Shown: one piece after another, positions 26,458-37,414 of the stretch
Position numbering within the stretch: position 1 is the first letter of the stretch
Layout of the letters: the number at the start of each line of letters is the position of its first letter
Assembly: GCA_026195895.1 (NCBI GenBank)
Contig: JAPHRO010000019.1
Coordinates: forward strand, 85,354 to 149,353
Length of the DNA stretch: 64,000 nucleotides
Direction of reading: 5' to 3'
Source: Gammaproteobacteria bacterium
Lineage (GTDB): Bacteria; Pseudomonadota; Gammaproteobacteria; SZUA-229
Made by a program: the position numbers and the translations under genes
The notes under the pieces: generated by a model
The model's input: only the letters and a program-made list of their open reading frames with translations
Database searches by the model: none
Told to the model about the DNA's origin: nothing

Positions 26458-27543
26458 TTACAAAACCGCTTTTGGATAGGAACCCAAAATTCTTATCATG
26501 GCCGTTTCATGTTCGATCTCAGCTAAAGCCTCAGCAACAACAGCCTCGTCTTTATGGCCTTCGATATCGATAAAGAACACATATTCCCAAACTCCTCGGC
26601 GTGACGGACGCGATTCTATTTTACTCATACTAATACCACGCGAGGCAAGAGGCCTGAGCAATTCGTGCAGGGCACCTGGTTTATTATTAGTAGTTATCAG
26701 TAACGAGGTACGATCATTACCGCTAGGAGGCACTGCATTTTTACCGATCACAATAAAACGTGTTGTATTGTCTGGCTCATCTTCAATTTCAGATTTTAGA
26801 ATGGGCACTTCGTATAGCTCAGCCGCCAGACTGCCGGCAATCGCTGCGGTGGCCGATTCTTTTTTACTGAATCGAACAGCCTCAGCATTGCTACGCACAG
26901 CATATTGCTCCGCCTGCGGTAGATTTTTATCCAGCCAGCGACGACATTGTGCCAATGACTGCTGGTGGGAAAACACTTTTTTAATATCAGTCAGTGACTT
27001 TTCATTTGAAATCAAATTATGCTGGATACGCAAATCCACTTCGCCACAAATCAGCAAAGTCGAATTAATTAACAAATCAAGCGTATGGGCAATAACCCCT
27101 TCTGTTGAGTTTTCAATGGGCACCACACCGAAATGCGCCTGACCCGATTCAACTACGCGAAATATATCTTCGATATTTGCGACCGGCTCTGCTTCAATAA
27201 AGTTACCAAAATGCTTGATTGAAGCGACATGATTATAGGTGCCGGCCGGACCAAGAAAGGCAACTTTAAGGGGTCTTTCCAGCGCCAGACAGGCTGACAT
27301 AATTTCGCGAAACAAATAGGCCATTTCCCTGTTACCCAGCGGACCTTCATTGCGCGCTTCAATAGCACGTAATACCTGAACTTCACGTTCTGGTCGGTAA
27401 AAGTGATCCGTCTCACCCGACCTGATTTTTATGTCTGCAACATCCTGGGCACAGGCCGCGCGCTGATTAATCAAGGTCTGGATCTGCTTATCCAGTTCAT
27501 CAATTTTATCGCGTATGGCCTGTAATTTGGTTTCTTCACTCAT
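26458..27543 (-). CDS. pheA: Bifunctional chorismate mutase / prephenate dehydratase
   Basis: N-terminal CM helix (LRDKIDELDKQI), PDT domain (VAFLGPAGTY, PIENSTEG) and C-terminal ACT domain (ESRPS). Confidence 0.93.
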   Translation of the reverse strand: MSEETKLQAIRDKIDELDKQIQTLINQRAACAQDVADIKIRSGETDHFYRPEREVQVLRAIEARNEGPLGNREMAYLFREIMSACLALERPLKVAFLGPAGTYNHVASIKHFGNFIEAEPVANIEDIFRVVESGQAHFGVVPIENSTEGVIAHTLDLLINSTLLICGEVDLRIQHNLISNEKSLTDIKKVFSHQQSLAQCRRWLDKNLPQAEQYAVRSNAEAVRFSKKESATAAIAGSLAAELYEVPILKSEIEDEPDNTTRFIVIGKNAVPPSGNDRTSLLITTNNKPGALHELLRPLASRGISMSKIESRPSRRGVWEYVFFIDIEGHKDEAVVAEALAEIEHETAMIRILGSYPKAVL

Positions 27544-27551
27544 AACAGATA

Positions 27552-28715
27552 TTAGATAACTCGTATGCTTAGTACGCCGTCGATATCAGCAATATTCTTG
27601 ACCGCTTCAGCAGAAGGCTCTGACTCCACATCAATCAAAGTGTATGCCAGATCGCCACGTGATTCATTCACCATGTGCATAATATTAACCCCTGATTGAC
27701 CCAGCACATGAGAAACCTGCGCCAGCATATCCGGCATATTCTTATTAGCAATAGCCAGACGATGACTGCCCTGGCGCGCCAGTTTAATATTGGGGAAATT
27801 CACAGAATTTTTAATGTTGCCATTCTTTAAAAATTCATACAGTTGATCAGCGATCATAATGGCGCAATTTTCTTCCGCTTCACCGGTGGATGCACCCAGG
27901 TGTGGCAAGTTAATAACCCTGTCATTACCTTTTAGTTCGTTGGATGGAAAATCCGTTACATAGGCATGAATTTTCCCTGAGTTGATAGCGGCCAGTACCG
28001 CAGTATCATCAATAATGCCATTACGGGCAAAATTCAAAATCACTGAACCATCTTTCATGGTCGCCAATCGCTCGGCATTTAACAGATTTTTGGTTGATTC
28101 AACCAGTGGCACATGGAAAGTCACAAAATCGGCCTGCTTGAACAATTCATCGGCCGAATCCATTTCTTCTACATTGGCCGATAATTTCCAGGCACTCTTG
28201 ACAGTAATCGTTGGATCAAACCCGATCACGCGCATGCCCAAAGCGTCTGCTGCATTGGCGATTTCGACACCAATCGCGCCCAGACCAATGACACCAAGGG
28301 TTTTACCGGGTAATTCAAAACCCACATATTTCTTTTTGCCTGCTTCAACGGCTTTGGAAAGTTCCCCATCTGAACCTGTTAGCTGATCCGTATATTGCCA
28401 GGCCTGCGTCAGGTTACGACAGGCCATGAGCATGCCTGCAATCACCAGTTCTTTTACCGCATTGGCATTGGCACCCGGCGCATTGAATACGACAATGCCT
28501 CGCTCAGACATGGCGTTAACCGGGATATTATTCACACCCGCACCGGCACGGCCAATGGCTTTGACAGATTCAGCCACCGGTTCTTCATGCATGTTGAATG
28601 AACGCAACATGACAGCGTCTGGATTCTCGGCACCTGGATCAATCGTGTATTCTTCGCTCGGTAAACGGCTTAGGCCTTTTACCGAAATTGCGTTGTACGT
28701 TTTTATTGTGAACAT
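27552..28715 (-). CDS. serA: D-3-phosphoglycerate dehydrogenase-type 2-hydroxyacid dehydrogenase with C-terminal ACT domain
   Basis: NAD-binding motif GVIGLGAIG. The catalytic region has the pattern of D-isomer-specific dehydrogenases. The C-terminal tail is ACT-like. Adjacent to serC. Confidence 0.75.
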   Translation of the reverse strand: MFTIKTYNAISVKGLSRLPSEEYTIDPGAENPDAVMLRSFNMHEEPVAESVKAIGRAGAGVNNIPVNAMSERGIVVFNAPGANANAVKELVIAGMLMACRNLTQAWQYTDQLTGSDGELSKAVEAGKKKYVGFELPGKTLGVIGLGAIGVEIANAADALGMRVIGFDPTITVKSAWKLSANVEEMDSADELFKQADFVTFHVPLVESTKNLLNAERLATMKDGSVILNFARNGIIDDTAVLAAINSGKIHAYVTDFPSNELKGNDRVINLPHLGASTGEAEENCAIMIADQLYEFLKNGNIKNSVNFPNIKLARQGSHRLAIANKNMPDMLAQVSHVLGQSGVNIMHMVNESRGDLAYTLIDVESEPSAEAVKNIADIDGVLSIRVI

Positions 28716-28730
28716 TATTTAAACCTTTTT

Positions 28731-28828
28731 GAACCACAGAGGTACACGGAGATTTTGCTTAAGTGCAGCTAAAGCGATATCTATAACTTAAGTGTTTTCT
28801 CTGGTTCTTCGTGTCTTCTGTGGTGAAC
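28731..28828. repeat. Imperfect long-range inverted repeat / structured serC-serA intercistronic spacer
   Basis: ccacagagg(t)acacg at 28734-28748 pairs with cgtgtcttctgtgg at 28810-28823 (about 14 bp, one bulge). The nested pair cttaagt/acttaag lies at 28758-28764 and 28786-28792. Confidence 0.5.
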
Positions 28829-28840
28829 TACTTTTAAAAA

Positions 28841-29920
28841 TTAACCGTTACGTTTTTCGAAATCAGCCATGAATTGAATCAACGCATCGACGCCCTCTTC
28901 TGGCATAGCGTTGTAAATACTGGCTCGCATACCGCCCACTGAGCGATGGCCTTTCAAGGTCATCAGATTAACTTTTGCCGCTTCTTCCAGGAAGCTTGCA
29001 TCCAGTTCGGCATTGGCCAGTATAAACGGCACATTCATCCATGAGCGGCAGTTAACATCCACAGGATTGGAGTAGAAAGCTGAATCATCAATAGCCTGGT
29101 AAAGTTTGGCTGCTTTGCGCTCATTGATTTCAGCCATGGCTTTAATGCCGCCTTTATCCTTGATCCACTGGAACACCAGGCCCGCTATATACCAGCTATA
29201 AGTCGGCGGTGTGTTGTACATGGAATCATTGTCGGCATGGGTTTTATAATCCATCATCACCGGCATGTTATCCATGGCTTTACCGATCAGGTCTTCACGC
29301 ACGATAACAATGGTCAAACCGGCTGGACCAATATTTTTCTGCGCACCGGCATAAATTACGCCGTATTTCGACACATCAATTTCACGGGATAAAATCGTCG
29401 AAGACATGTCCGCTACCAGCGGAACATCTGTCTCGGGTATGAAAGGGAATTCGACACCGACTATCGTTTCATTCGGCGTGTAATGCAGATAAGCCGCATC
29501 GGAACTGGTGCTCCATTTAGACTGATCTTCCACCGTAGTGAATCTGGAATCCGAAGTATCACTGACCACATTCACTTCACAAAAACGCCTGGCTTCAGCG
29601 ACAGCTTTTTTTGACCATTGGCCGGTTAAAACATAATCCGCTTTGTTTTTACCTGCCAGCAGATTGACTGGAATCATAGAAAACTGCGAACTGGCGCCGC
29701 CCTGCAAGAACAGCACTTTGTAATTATCGGGGATGGCCATGATCTCACGCAGATCGGCTTCCGCTTTCGCCGCAATCGACATGAAATCTTTACCCCGGTG
29801 CGACATTTCCATCACCGACATGCCTGCACCATTCCATTGCAGCATTTCTTCCTGTGCCTGTTTTAATACCGCTTCCGGCAAGGCCGCAGGACCTGCACTG
29901 AAATTATATACTCGCGTCAT
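28841..29920 (-). CDS. serC: Phosphoserine aminotransferase
   Basis: 359 aa with [17 protein letters not shown] and [10 protein letters not shown] motifs. Confidence 0.95.
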   Translation of the reverse strand: MTRVYNFSAGPAALPEAVLKQAQEEMLQWNGAGMSVMEMSHRGKDFMSIAAKAEADLREIMAIPDNYKVLFLQGGASSQFSMIPVNLLAGKNKADYVLTGQWSKKAVAEARRFCEVNVVSDTSDSRFTTVEDQSKWSTSSDAAYLHYTPNETIVGVEFPFIPETDVPLVADMSSTILSREIDVSKYGVIYAGAQKNIGPAGLTIVIVREDLIGKAMDNMPVMMDYKTHADNDSMYNTPPTYSWYIAGLVFQWIKDKGGIKAMAEINERKAAKLYQAIDDSAFYSNPVDVNCRSWMNVPFILANAELDASFLEEAAKVNLMTLKGHRSVGGMRASIYNAMPEEGVDALIQFMADFEKRNG

Positions 29921-29968
29921 TTAACATCCCCAACATAAGTTACTTTAACAATAGATCATAAATCATTG

Positions 29969-32518
29969 TTATAATTGATAATTATCTTCATCTTCTTCAA
30001 GATTTTCGATGCGTTCGATTTCAACCAGTTTTTCGTCACTGCCCAGACGAATCAGGCGTACCCCCTGGGTATTTCGTGCCATGATCCTGACATCATTCAC
30101 GCCGGCGCGTATCAGGGTGCCGGCATTGGATATCAGCATAATTTCATCCTGATCTTTCACCTGCACGGCGCCCACGACCGCACCATTACGTTCGGAGGTC
30201 TGAATGGAAATAACACCCTGTCCACCACGTCCCTTGCAGGGATAATCAGACGAAGCCGTGCGTTTACCATAGCCATTTTCGGTGGCGGTCAGAATAGAGG
30301 CTTCATCATCCACAATAATCAGACTCATGACTTGATGATTATCAACCAGGCGTATTCCTCTCACACCGGCAGCGGTTCGACCCATTGCTCGCACAGCTTT
30401 TTCGGAGAAGCGTATGGCCTTGCCGGAAGTGGAAAACAGCATGATGTCTTTGCTGCCATCGGTCAGCGCCACATCCACCAGCGTATCTTCGCCACGCAGG
30501 TCAACGGCAATAATGCCGGCCGAGCGTGGCCGGGAGAAATTCGTCAGCACTGTTTTCTTAACCGTGCCGGAACTGGTCGCCATAAAGATGAAGTGATCAT
30601 CATCATATTCACGAATCGGCAATACTGCGTTAATGCGCTCATCCGCTTCCAGCGGCAGTAAATTAACCAGCGGCTTACCGCGAGAACCGCGGGATGCCAT
30701 GGGCAACTGGTACACCTTGAGCCAGTAGGCCTTGCCCCGACTGGAGAAACACAACAGGGTATCGTGGGTATTGGCAATAAACAGCTTGTCGATGAAGTCT
30801 TCATCTTTCATCCGCGTGGCAGATTTTCCTCGACCGCCACGCTTCTGCGCCGCGTAATCAGTCAGCGGCTGCGATTTGGCATAGCCCTCATGGGAGAAGG
30901 TCACCAGTACGTCTTCTTCGGTAATCAGATCCTCCATGCTGAGATCAAGCTGGCTTTCAAGTATCTCTGAACGACGCTCATCACCAAAGTTTTCACGAAT
31001 TTCTTCCAGTTCTTCACGGATCACCTGAAGCAGGCGCTCAGGGTTTGACAGTATCTCGATCAGAGCTTTAACAATATCCAATATCTCTTTGAATTCATTA
31101 AGTATTTTATCTTGTTCAAGACCGGTTAATCGATGCAGGCGCAGTTCCAGGATCGCCTGGGCCTGGGCCTCTGACATATGATAACCATCATCATGCAAAC
31201 CATACTGGGCTTCCAGCGTTTCCGGCCGAGACGCCTCGGCGCCGGCGCGCTGCAACATGTCAGTTACCATCCCGGGCGTCCAGACGCGATTGACCAGCTC
31301 TACTTTTGCTTCTGCCGGATTGGCCGATTTTTTAATCAGTGCGATGACTTCATCAATATTCGCCAGAGCAATCGCCAGCCCTTCTAATACATGGGCTCGG
31401 TTGCGTGCTTTACGTAATTCAAAAATCGTTCGGCGGGTCACCACCTCACGACGATGACGCACAAAGGCATCCAGAATCTGTTTCAGGTTTAGTAGTTTCG
31501 GCTGGCCATCAACCAGCGCCACCATGTTGATTCCGAACACGCATTGCATGGGCGTTTGCATGTACAGATTATTCAGTATCACCTCACCCACTTCCCCACG
31601 GCGCACTTCAATAACAATGCGTATTTCACTGGTGGACTCATCGCGAATTTCGGTGATACCTTCGATTTTCTTGTCTTTCACCAGCTCAGCTATACGTTCG
31701 ATCAAACGTGCTTTATTCACCTGATAAGGCAGCTCGTGAACAAGAATGGTCTGCTTGCCATTCTCTGCCGTTTCAATACTGGCCCGAGCACGCATAAACA
31801 TACGCCCACGACCGGTGCGATAAGCTTCCCGAATACCCTTGGTGCCGTTAATCAACGCGGCAGTAGGTAGATCCGGTGCCGGCAGATGATCCATGAGTGA
31901 ATCAATTGAAATATCCGGGTCGTCCAGCATGGCCAGACAGGCATTGATAACTTCGGTCAGATTATGGGGCGGAATATTGGTCGCCATACCAACAGCGATA
32001 CCCGCCGAACCATTGACCAGCAGACTGGGAATACGGGTCGGCATGACCGTAGGCTCATGCTCAGAACCGTCGTAGTTGGCGTTAAAGTCGACCGTTTCCT
32101 TGTCCAGATCGGCCAGTATCTGATGCGAAATTTTCGCCATGCGCACTTCGGTATAACGCATGGCTGCGGGGGAATCACCGTCCACCGAACCAAAGTTACC
32201 CTGACCGTCTACCAGCATGTAGCGCATGGAGAACGGCTGCGCCATACGAACAATGGTGTCATAAACCGCAGTATCACCATGCGGGTGATATTTACCAATC
32301 ACGTCACCGACGACACGGGCTGATTTTTTATAGGGCTTGTTCCAGTCATTACCCAGCTCGCTCATGGCGTACAGGACACGTCGATGGACCGGTTTCAGGC
32401 CATCACGGACATCGGGTAAGGCTCTACCTACGATTACACTCATCGCGTAATCCAGATAGGACTGGCGCATTTCATCTTCTAAATTGACAGGGAAAACTTC
32501 TTTGGCGAATTCGGCCAT
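29969..32518 (-). CDS. gyrA: DNA gyrase subunit A
   Basis: 849 aa. Contains DGLKPVHRR, the QRDR segment [17 protein letters not shown] (active-site Tyr), and a C-terminal beta-pinwheel with an acidic tail. Confidence 0.97.
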   Translation of the reverse strand: MAEFAKEVFPVNLEDEMRQSYLDYAMSVIVGRALPDVRDGLKPVHRRVLYAMSELGNDWNKPYKKSARVVGDVIGKYHPHGDTAVYDTIVRMAQPFSMRYMLVDGQGNFGSVDGDSPAAMRYTEVRMAKISHQILADLDKETVDFNANYDGSEHEPTVMPTRIPSLLVNGSAGIAVGMATNIPPHNLTEVINACLAMLDDPDISIDSLMDHLPAPDLPTAALINGTKGIREAYRTGRGRMFMRARASIETAENGKQTILVHELPYQVNKARLIERIAELVKDKKIEGITEIRDESTSEIRIVIEVRRGEVGEVILNNLYMQTPMQCVFGINMVALVDGQPKLLNLKQILDAFVRHRREVVTRRTIFELRKARNRAHVLEGLAIALANIDEVIALIKKSANPAEAKVELVNRVWTPGMVTDMLQRAGAEASRPETLEAQYGLHDDGYHMSEAQAQAILELRLHRLTGLEQDKILNEFKEILDIVKALIEILSNPERLLQVIREELEEIRENFGDERRSEILESQLDLSMEDLITEEDVLVTFSHEGYAKSQPLTDYAAQKRGGRGKSATRMKDEDFIDKLFIANTHDTLLCFSSRGKAYWLKVYQLPMASRGSRGKPLVNLLPLEADERINAVLPIREYDDDHFIFMATSSGTVKKTVLTNFSRPRSAGIIAVDLRGEDTLVDVALTDGSKDIMLFSTSGKAIRFSEKAVRAMGRTAAGVRGIRLVDNHQVMSLIIVDDEASILTATENGYGKRTASSDYPCKGRGGQGVISIQTSERNGAVVGAVQVKDQDEIMLISNAGTLIRAGVNDVRIMARNTQGVRLIRLGSDEKLVEIERIENLEEDEDNYQL

Positions 32519-32918
32519 ATGGGGTGCTTTTTCCGTATTTTATGTAGTCTGAATTGCCCCCTGTGAAGGAGGCGATGTAAAGCCCGAAATTTTACCATAA
32601 ATCAATAAGTAACGGTACTTATGAACAGACCCTTAATAAATAAAAGCAAACTGGCAAAAGATGTCAGGAACTGGCCCTGTATTTAGCCTGAATTCCGGAC
32701 TTACTGGCACTGACAGCATTTAATAAGTGCCTTAAAGACGGCAGCTATTTTCCGGCGTCTGGAGAAAAAGATGAATATCAAATCTAATAGCCCAGGCTCA
32801 TAACACCCATCCAGCTTATTCAAAACTGTCGAGTCAACACTAGCCTGAAAATAATTTAAATAAGCTAAAAAATATGGCACTGCTATACACCATTAAATGG
32901 CGCATAACAGCGCAGAGG

Positions 32919-33446
32919 TTATGGAGCAGATGCCTGCTGGGCGGCCTGCAGGTACTCGTTGTACGCTGGGATAGCGATAGCCGCCAGAATGCCAATAATA
33001 GCGATGACAGGAATAATCAATGCCGCGATGACCACCCCCGTCGAATTAGGTGGCGCAGGATTGCCGTAGTCATTCGCTCCCTGGCTTCCCGGCACAAACC
33101 AGAGAATCAAACTGATAAGCGGAATAATCATAATCAGCGCAAGCCAGCCGCTGTAATTAAAATCATGTACTCGCTGTATGGTCAGCATAATAATTACCGC
33201 AATAAATCCCAGATACACGACAACCATACCGGCTGAGATCAACATGTTGCCTGCACCGGCAGCAGCAAATCCGCCTAGCATCGCGACCAGTATGTTTAGC
33301 AAAAAACCAAAGCCTATTGAATAAGCAATAAATCTCAATCGGCCCAGCCGACCTTTAGCTGAGAACAGCTTGATTTCTGAATACTCGTCAGCTTCGACCG
33401 TATCGACATTTCGTTCTGGCGTTTGATATGGATTGATATCATTCAT
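32919..33446 (-). CDS. DUF805 (YhaH-like) membrane protein with C-terminal pilin-alpha1-like helix
   Basis: GRLGRLRF...TIQRVHDFNYSGW...PGSQGANDYGNP forms the DUF805 core. It is followed by VIAIIGILAAIAIPAYNEYLQAAQ. Confidence 0.75.
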   Translation of the reverse strand: MNDINPYQTPERNVDTVEADEYSEIKLFSAKGRLGRLRFIAYSIGFGFLLNILVAMLGGFAAAGAGNMLISAGMVVVYLGFIAVIIMLTIQRVHDFNYSGWLALIMIIPLISLILWFVPGSQGANDYGNPAPPNSTGVVIAALIIPVIAIIGILAAIAIPAYNEYLQAAQQASAP

Positions 33447-33931
33447 GCTTTATTTCCCTGCTGAAAATTAACAATGGGCACAGGTGCTATAGCCGCAAAG
33501 CTATGCCCCTGCTTCAAACAGTAACCGAGCCACTTATTTAAAAACCGATTAAGCTGCCATTTTTCTTTGAGCGCATCCGCAGGCAAATCATCGAGCACCA
33601 GCCGACCATGATGCAGATGACCTGCCATGACTTCGGCCAGTTGTGCATCGTGATAAATGCGGATTTTTAGATTGGGTTCCATTTTCAGGCCATGCTCCGT
33701 TGGAAAACAATAACTCAGATACAGGGTGGTGGTAAATTTACTCCGCTCAATGATATTGAGATATAAATCCAGATGCTCGGGCACTCTGGAAATAATTGCA
33801 CTGTCTATCTTATTCACATCGGGCAAAAGTTTGCGTAGCCTGATGTAATTGTTTTCATACAAATCCATCAAGCTCACAAAACCACGCGGGGTTACATCTT
33901 CACAGCCATAGGCGGCATTATTTTGTCTCAT
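33443..33931 (-). CDS. DUF1249 (YqiB-like) protein
   Basis: LYENNYIRLRKLLP, IRIYHDAQLAEV and NRFLNKWLGYCLKQGH parallel E. coli YqiB blocks. It has 4-nt overlaps with both neighbours. Confidence 0.75.
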   Translation of the reverse strand: MRQNNAAYGCEDVTPRGFVSLMDLYENNYIRLRKLLPDVNKIDSAIISRVPEHLDLYLNIIERSKFTTTLYLSYCFPTEHGLKMEPNLKIRIYHDAQLAEVMAGHLHHGRLVLDDLPADALKEKWQLNRFLNKWLGYCLKQGHSFAAIAPVPIVNFQQGNKA

Positions 33932-34374
33932 GTCTTTATTCTAGCATGACCAAATAGCTTTGCTGATTCCACCTTAAGCCTCACCCTTAAACGCCTGTAT
34001 TGATTTTTATCTATGGCGTCATTAAATATAAGTACAACAAACTTTTGTCTGCAAGACATCTGAAAAACCAGAATCGTGAACATAGATGACACGAAACTAT
34101 TTTTATCTAACTGCAGTTGCTCCACGCCGGATAAAGTTTGCATTTCCCAGTTATTTTCATTTTTCCAGATCAGATGCTTTTCTGTGTTGTGAGCGCGATG
34201 CGTTTTAACCGCAAAAAACAACAGGAGAATAATCATCAATATCTTAGCTACAAACATTAGCTGCAGGGACGACACCGCTATAACAGCTAAACTACTGGTT
34301 GTGACCAGTAGATATTGAAGTTTTTTTGAATAACCGATATTAAGGTCTAATGGTGTCGCGTATATATGTAACAA
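33928..34374 (-). CDS. ygfX: YgfX/CptA-like two-TM inner membrane protein (DUF1434)
   Basis: Two N-terminal TM helices, then LIWKNENNWEM...VVLIFNDAIDKNQYRRLRVRLK, parallel to E. coli YgfX. Directly follows sdhE. The TTG start at 34374 is uncertain. Confidence 0.55.
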   Translation of the reverse strand: MLHIYATPLDLNIGYSKKLQYLLVTTSSLAVIAVSSLQLMFVAKILMIILLLFFAVKTHRAHNTEKHLIWKNENNWEMQTLSGVEQLQLDKNSFVSSMFTILVFQMSCRQKFVVLIFNDAIDKNQYRRLRVRLKVESAKLFGHARIKT

Positions 34375-34594
34375 GAGAAGATATTCCTTTATCTGCGGAT
34401 GGCATATGCCCCAGAAGCAAATCGAACAACAACTGATCCGGGTAGTCCAGCATTTGATCCAGCAAATCCTTTTGCTCGTGAGTTAAGGTTGAATACGCCT
34501 TATCTAAAAATTCGTTAAAAATAATATCGAGTTCCAGCATGCCACGACGACAACGCCAGCGCAATTCGGAATCATCGGCGGTCGCGGGCATCAC
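34340..34594 (-). CDS. sdhE: FAD assembly factor SdhE (YgfY/CptB)
   Basis: 84 aa with LRWRCRRGMLELD (RGxxE motif). The start overlaps the sdhB stop (ATGA). Confidence 0.8.
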   Translation of the reverse strand: MMPATADDSELRWRCRRGMLELDIIFNEFLDKAYSTLTHEQKDLLDQMLDYPDQLLFDLLLGHMPSADKGISSLVTYIRDTIRP

Positions 34595-35286
34595 AGGGAT
34601 TTTTTAACCATCATTTTTTTGATATCGCCAATAGCTTTGGTTGGATTAAGTCCTTTCGGGCAAACCTGAACACAATTCATAATGGTATGACAGCGGAATA
34701 ATTTAAATGGGTCGTCCAGCGCCTCCAGACGTTCTGCTGTCGCCTGATCACGACTATCACCGATAAATCGTGCTGCCTGCAATAAAGCCGCGGGGCCTAA
34801 AAATTTATCCGGATTCCACCAGAATGATGGGCAGGCCGTTGAACAGCAGCCACAGAGAATACATTCATACAGACCATCCAGTTGATCCCTTTCTTCCGGC
34901 GTTTGTTTCAATTCAACTTCGGGCAACGGATCTTTTACGGTGAGATATGGCTTAACATCACGATACTGTTTATAAAAAGGCTCCATGTCGACAATAAGAT
35001 CGCGAATTACCGGAAGCCTTGGCATCGGTCGAATTTCTACCGGCTCTTTTAAATCAGACAACGACGTAATACAGGCCAGGCCGTTGGTACCATTGATGTT
35101 CATGCCATCTGAGCCACAAACACCTTCACGGCAGGAACGCCGAAAGCCCAGGCTCGGATCCTGCTCTTTAATCAATAGCAAAGCATCAAGCAACATCATG
35201 CCCTGACTGATTTCATGCAACTCATAATCCTGCATGTAGGGCTTTTTATCTGCTTCCGGATTGTAGCGATAAATACGAAACCGCAT
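34591..35286 (-). CDS. sdhB: Succinate dehydrogenase iron-sulfur subunit
   Basis: Contains SCREGVCGSDGMNING, CILCGCCSTACPS and CHTIMNCVQVCPKG cluster motifs. Confidence 0.95.
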   Translation of the reverse strand: MRFRIYRYNPEADKKPYMQDYELHEISQGMMLLDALLLIKEQDPSLGFRRSCREGVCGSDGMNINGTNGLACITSLSDLKEPVEIRPMPRLPVIRDLIVDMEPFYKQYRDVKPYLTVKDPLPEVELKQTPEERDQLDGLYECILCGCCSTACPSFWWNPDKFLGPAALLQAARFIGDSRDQATAERLEALDDPFKLFRCHTIMNCVQVCPKGLNPTKAIGDIKKMMVKKSL

Positions 35287-35300
35287 ATTAACCTCGTGTT

Positions 35301-37073
35301 TTAATAAACCCTGGCTTTGGGTGGGAAAGAAGGCACCGACATGGGTTTGGTTCTAACCGGTTTGTAATCCAGCTTGCGATCTTCGAGTGAATATAAAGAA
35401 TGCCGCATCCAGTGTTTATCATCGCGGTCAGGATAATCAATGCGTGAATGCGCGCCACGGCTTTCAGTTCTGGCTGCTGCCGAATAAACGGTCGCCAGAG
35501 CGACATCCATTAAATTTTCCAGCTCCAGCGCTTCGACACGTGCGGTATTAAACATGCTTGTATTATCGTTGATGCGTGCATGTTTCAAGCGCTCGGCAAT
35601 GGCGGAAACCTGTTTAACGCCGTTATCCAGCACATCCTGGCTACGGAACACGCCACAGTTTTCTTCCATGGCTTTTTTAAGATCGGTGCGGATTTGTTCT
35701 ACAGATTCTCCGTCACCGGTTGCATCCCAGCGATGTAATCGTTCATAGGCCTGGGCAATACTGTCTTCATCCATCGGGCGGTGATAACGCGTTTCTTTAA
35801 GCGTCTCGATAATATGGTTGGCTGCAGAACGTCCAAACACCAGAATATCGAGTAACGAATTCCCCCCGAGACGATTAGCACCATGTACCGAAACACAGGC
35901 ACATTCACCGGCGGCATATAAACCATGCACCGGTTCTTCGGGCGTGTCTTTCACGGGAATCACCACCTGACCATAGCGGTCAGTCGGTATGCCGCCCATG
36001 GTGTAATGGGCCGTAGGATAAACAGGGATCGGCTGTTCGGCAGGGTCAATTCCCAAAAAAGTAATACAGGTCTGACGGATACCGGGTAAACGTTTTTGCA
36101 ACACCGCTTCGCCCAGATGATCCAGCTTTAACATGACGTGATCTCTGTTCGGACCACAACCTCTTCCCTCTTTCACTTCCGTGTAAATAGAACGGCTAAC
36201 CACATCCCGGGACGCAAGATCTTTGGCTTTTGGCGCATAACGCTCCATCAAACGCTCGCCTTCGCAATTCACCAGATAACCACCCTCTCCCCGGGCACCT
36301 TCGGTAATCAACATGCCGCGACCCGCAATGCCGGTGGGATGAAACTGGAAGAACTCCATATCCTGCAATGGCACACCCGCCCGCAGCGCCATACCCATAC
36401 CATCGCCAGTGTTGATCAATGCGTTGGTGGTGGTTCTGAACAACTGCCCGGCACCGCCAGTTGCCAGTAAAGTAGTTTTGGCTTCGATGATTAATTCTTC
36501 GCCGGTATGGATATCGAAGACGAAAGCCCCCAGCACATTACCCTGTTCATCTTTTAACAAATCAACCGCAAAGTATTCATCAAAAAAATGGGTTTTTGCC
36601 CGAATGTTCTGCTGATAAAGACTGTGCAAAATAGCGTGCCCCGTGCGATCGGCTGCGGCACAGGTTCTGGCTGCCTGATCGCCACCAAAATTCTGGCTCT
36701 GCCCACCAAATGGACGTTGGTAAATTTTTCCGTTATCCAGACGTGAAAAAGGCACACCCGAGTGCTCCAGCTCATAAACGACTTTAGGCGCTGCACGGCA
36801 CATATATTCGATCGCATCCTGGTCACCCAGATAATCACTGCCCTTTACCGTATCGAACATGTGCCAGTGCCAGTTATCCGGCAATACATTGGCCAGTGCC
36901 GCATTCATCCCACCCTGGGCCGCCACCGTATGGGAACGCGTTGGAAAGACTTTTGACACCACGGCGACACTGGCATCAGCCTCGGCTAACTGCAGGGCAG
37001 CGCGTAAACCACCCCCACCCGCACCGATAATCAAGGTATCAAAACGTCTTCTTTGAATATCATTTATGCTCAT
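35301..37073 (-). CDS. sdhA: Succinate dehydrogenase flavoprotein subunit
   Basis: 590 aa with [10 protein letters not shown], the [10 protein letters not shown] flavinylation His, and HPTG. Confidence 0.97.
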   Translation of the reverse strand: MSINDIQRRRFDTLIIGAGGGGLRAALQLAEADASVAVVSKVFPTRSHTVAAQGGMNAALANVLPDNWHWHMFDTVKGSDYLGDQDAIEYMCRAAPKVVYELEHSGVPFSRLDNGKIYQRPFGGQSQNFGGDQAARTCAAADRTGHAILHSLYQQNIRAKTHFFDEYFAVDLLKDEQGNVLGAFVFDIHTGEELIIEAKTTLLATGGAGQLFRTTTNALINTGDGMGMALRAGVPLQDMEFFQFHPTGIAGRGMLITEGARGEGGYLVNCEGERLMERYAPKAKDLASRDVVSRSIYTEVKEGRGCGPNRDHVMLKLDHLGEAVLQKRLPGIRQTCITFLGIDPAEQPIPVYPTAHYTMGGIPTDRYGQVVIPVKDTPEEPVHGLYAAGECACVSVHGANRLGGNSLLDILVFGRSAANHIIETLKETRYHRPMDEDSIAQAYERLHRWDATGDGESVEQIRTDLKKAMEENCGVFRSQDVLDNGVKQVSAIAERLKHARINDNTSMFNTARVEALELENLMDVALATVYSAAARTESRGAHSRIDYPDRDDKHWMRHSLYSLEDRKLDYKPVRTKPMSVPSFPPKARVY

Positions 37074-37414
37074 TTAATCACTACCAGAACCAGTCCCCTG
37101 AATCCCCAGAAACCACTACCCACCAGAACGGTCGCCACCAGTGTTAACACCAGCATGCGCGACACCACATTCGGCACATAGTCGAGTACCACATCACGGA
37201 TACCTACCCAGGCATGCCACAGCACCGCAATAATAAACATGCCGATGCCAATATTATTACCCGGCCAGGCGACCCACTCGCTCCAGCTTTCTGCACTAAA
37301 CGGCCTAACAGCAGAAAGCGCGACTGTAAAATAAAGCATAAACACGGCAATATACACGGCAGTTATGCGCTGGATTATCCAGGGGCGTAATCCCTGTAAA
37401 CCGGGAGCACTCAT
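37070..37414 (-). CDS. sdhD: Succinate dehydrogenase membrane anchor subunit
   Basis: ORF trimmed to ATG 37414 (MSAPGLQG...), which forms an ATGA overlap with the sdhC stop. Three TM helices. Confidence 0.85.
   Translation of the reverse strand: MSAPGLQGLRPWIIQRITAVYIAVFMLYFTVALSAVRPFSAESWSEWVAWPGNNIGIGMFIIAVLWHAWVGIRDVVLDYVPNVVSRMLVLTLVATVLVGSGFWGFRGLVLVVIK

Noticed and set aside
26498-27142. A 214-aa plus-strand ORF antisense to pheA. Similar long antisense ORFs occur elsewhere: 29975-30661 in gyrA, 23493-23933 in aroA, 27982-28386 in the serA-like gene, and several at 20242-21687 in rpsA.
   Set aside because: These are shadow ORFs. Their translations are Ser/Ala/Arg/Pro-rich with no recognisable motifs. 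The opposite strand encodes unmistakable housekeeping proteins across the whole interval.
28731-28828. The inverted repeat between serC and the serA-like gene as a MITE or IS remnant.
   Set aside because: I could not see target-site duplications, a transposase remnant or a second copy in the 64 kb. It is kept only as a structured spacer.
32874-33236. A 120-aa plus-strand ORF opposite the DUF805 gene.
   Set aside because: It is an Arg/Asn/Asp-rich nonsense translation of the antisense of a hydrophobic membrane protein. It has no Shine-Dalgarno and no motif.
33928-34594. sdhE/ygfX as a CptB/CptA toxin-antitoxin or defence module.
   Set aside because: The pair is embedded by translational coupling in the sdh operon, and SdhE has the RGxxE flavinylation-factor motif. 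A housekeeping role is the conservative reading, although the YgfX-like function remains unknown.
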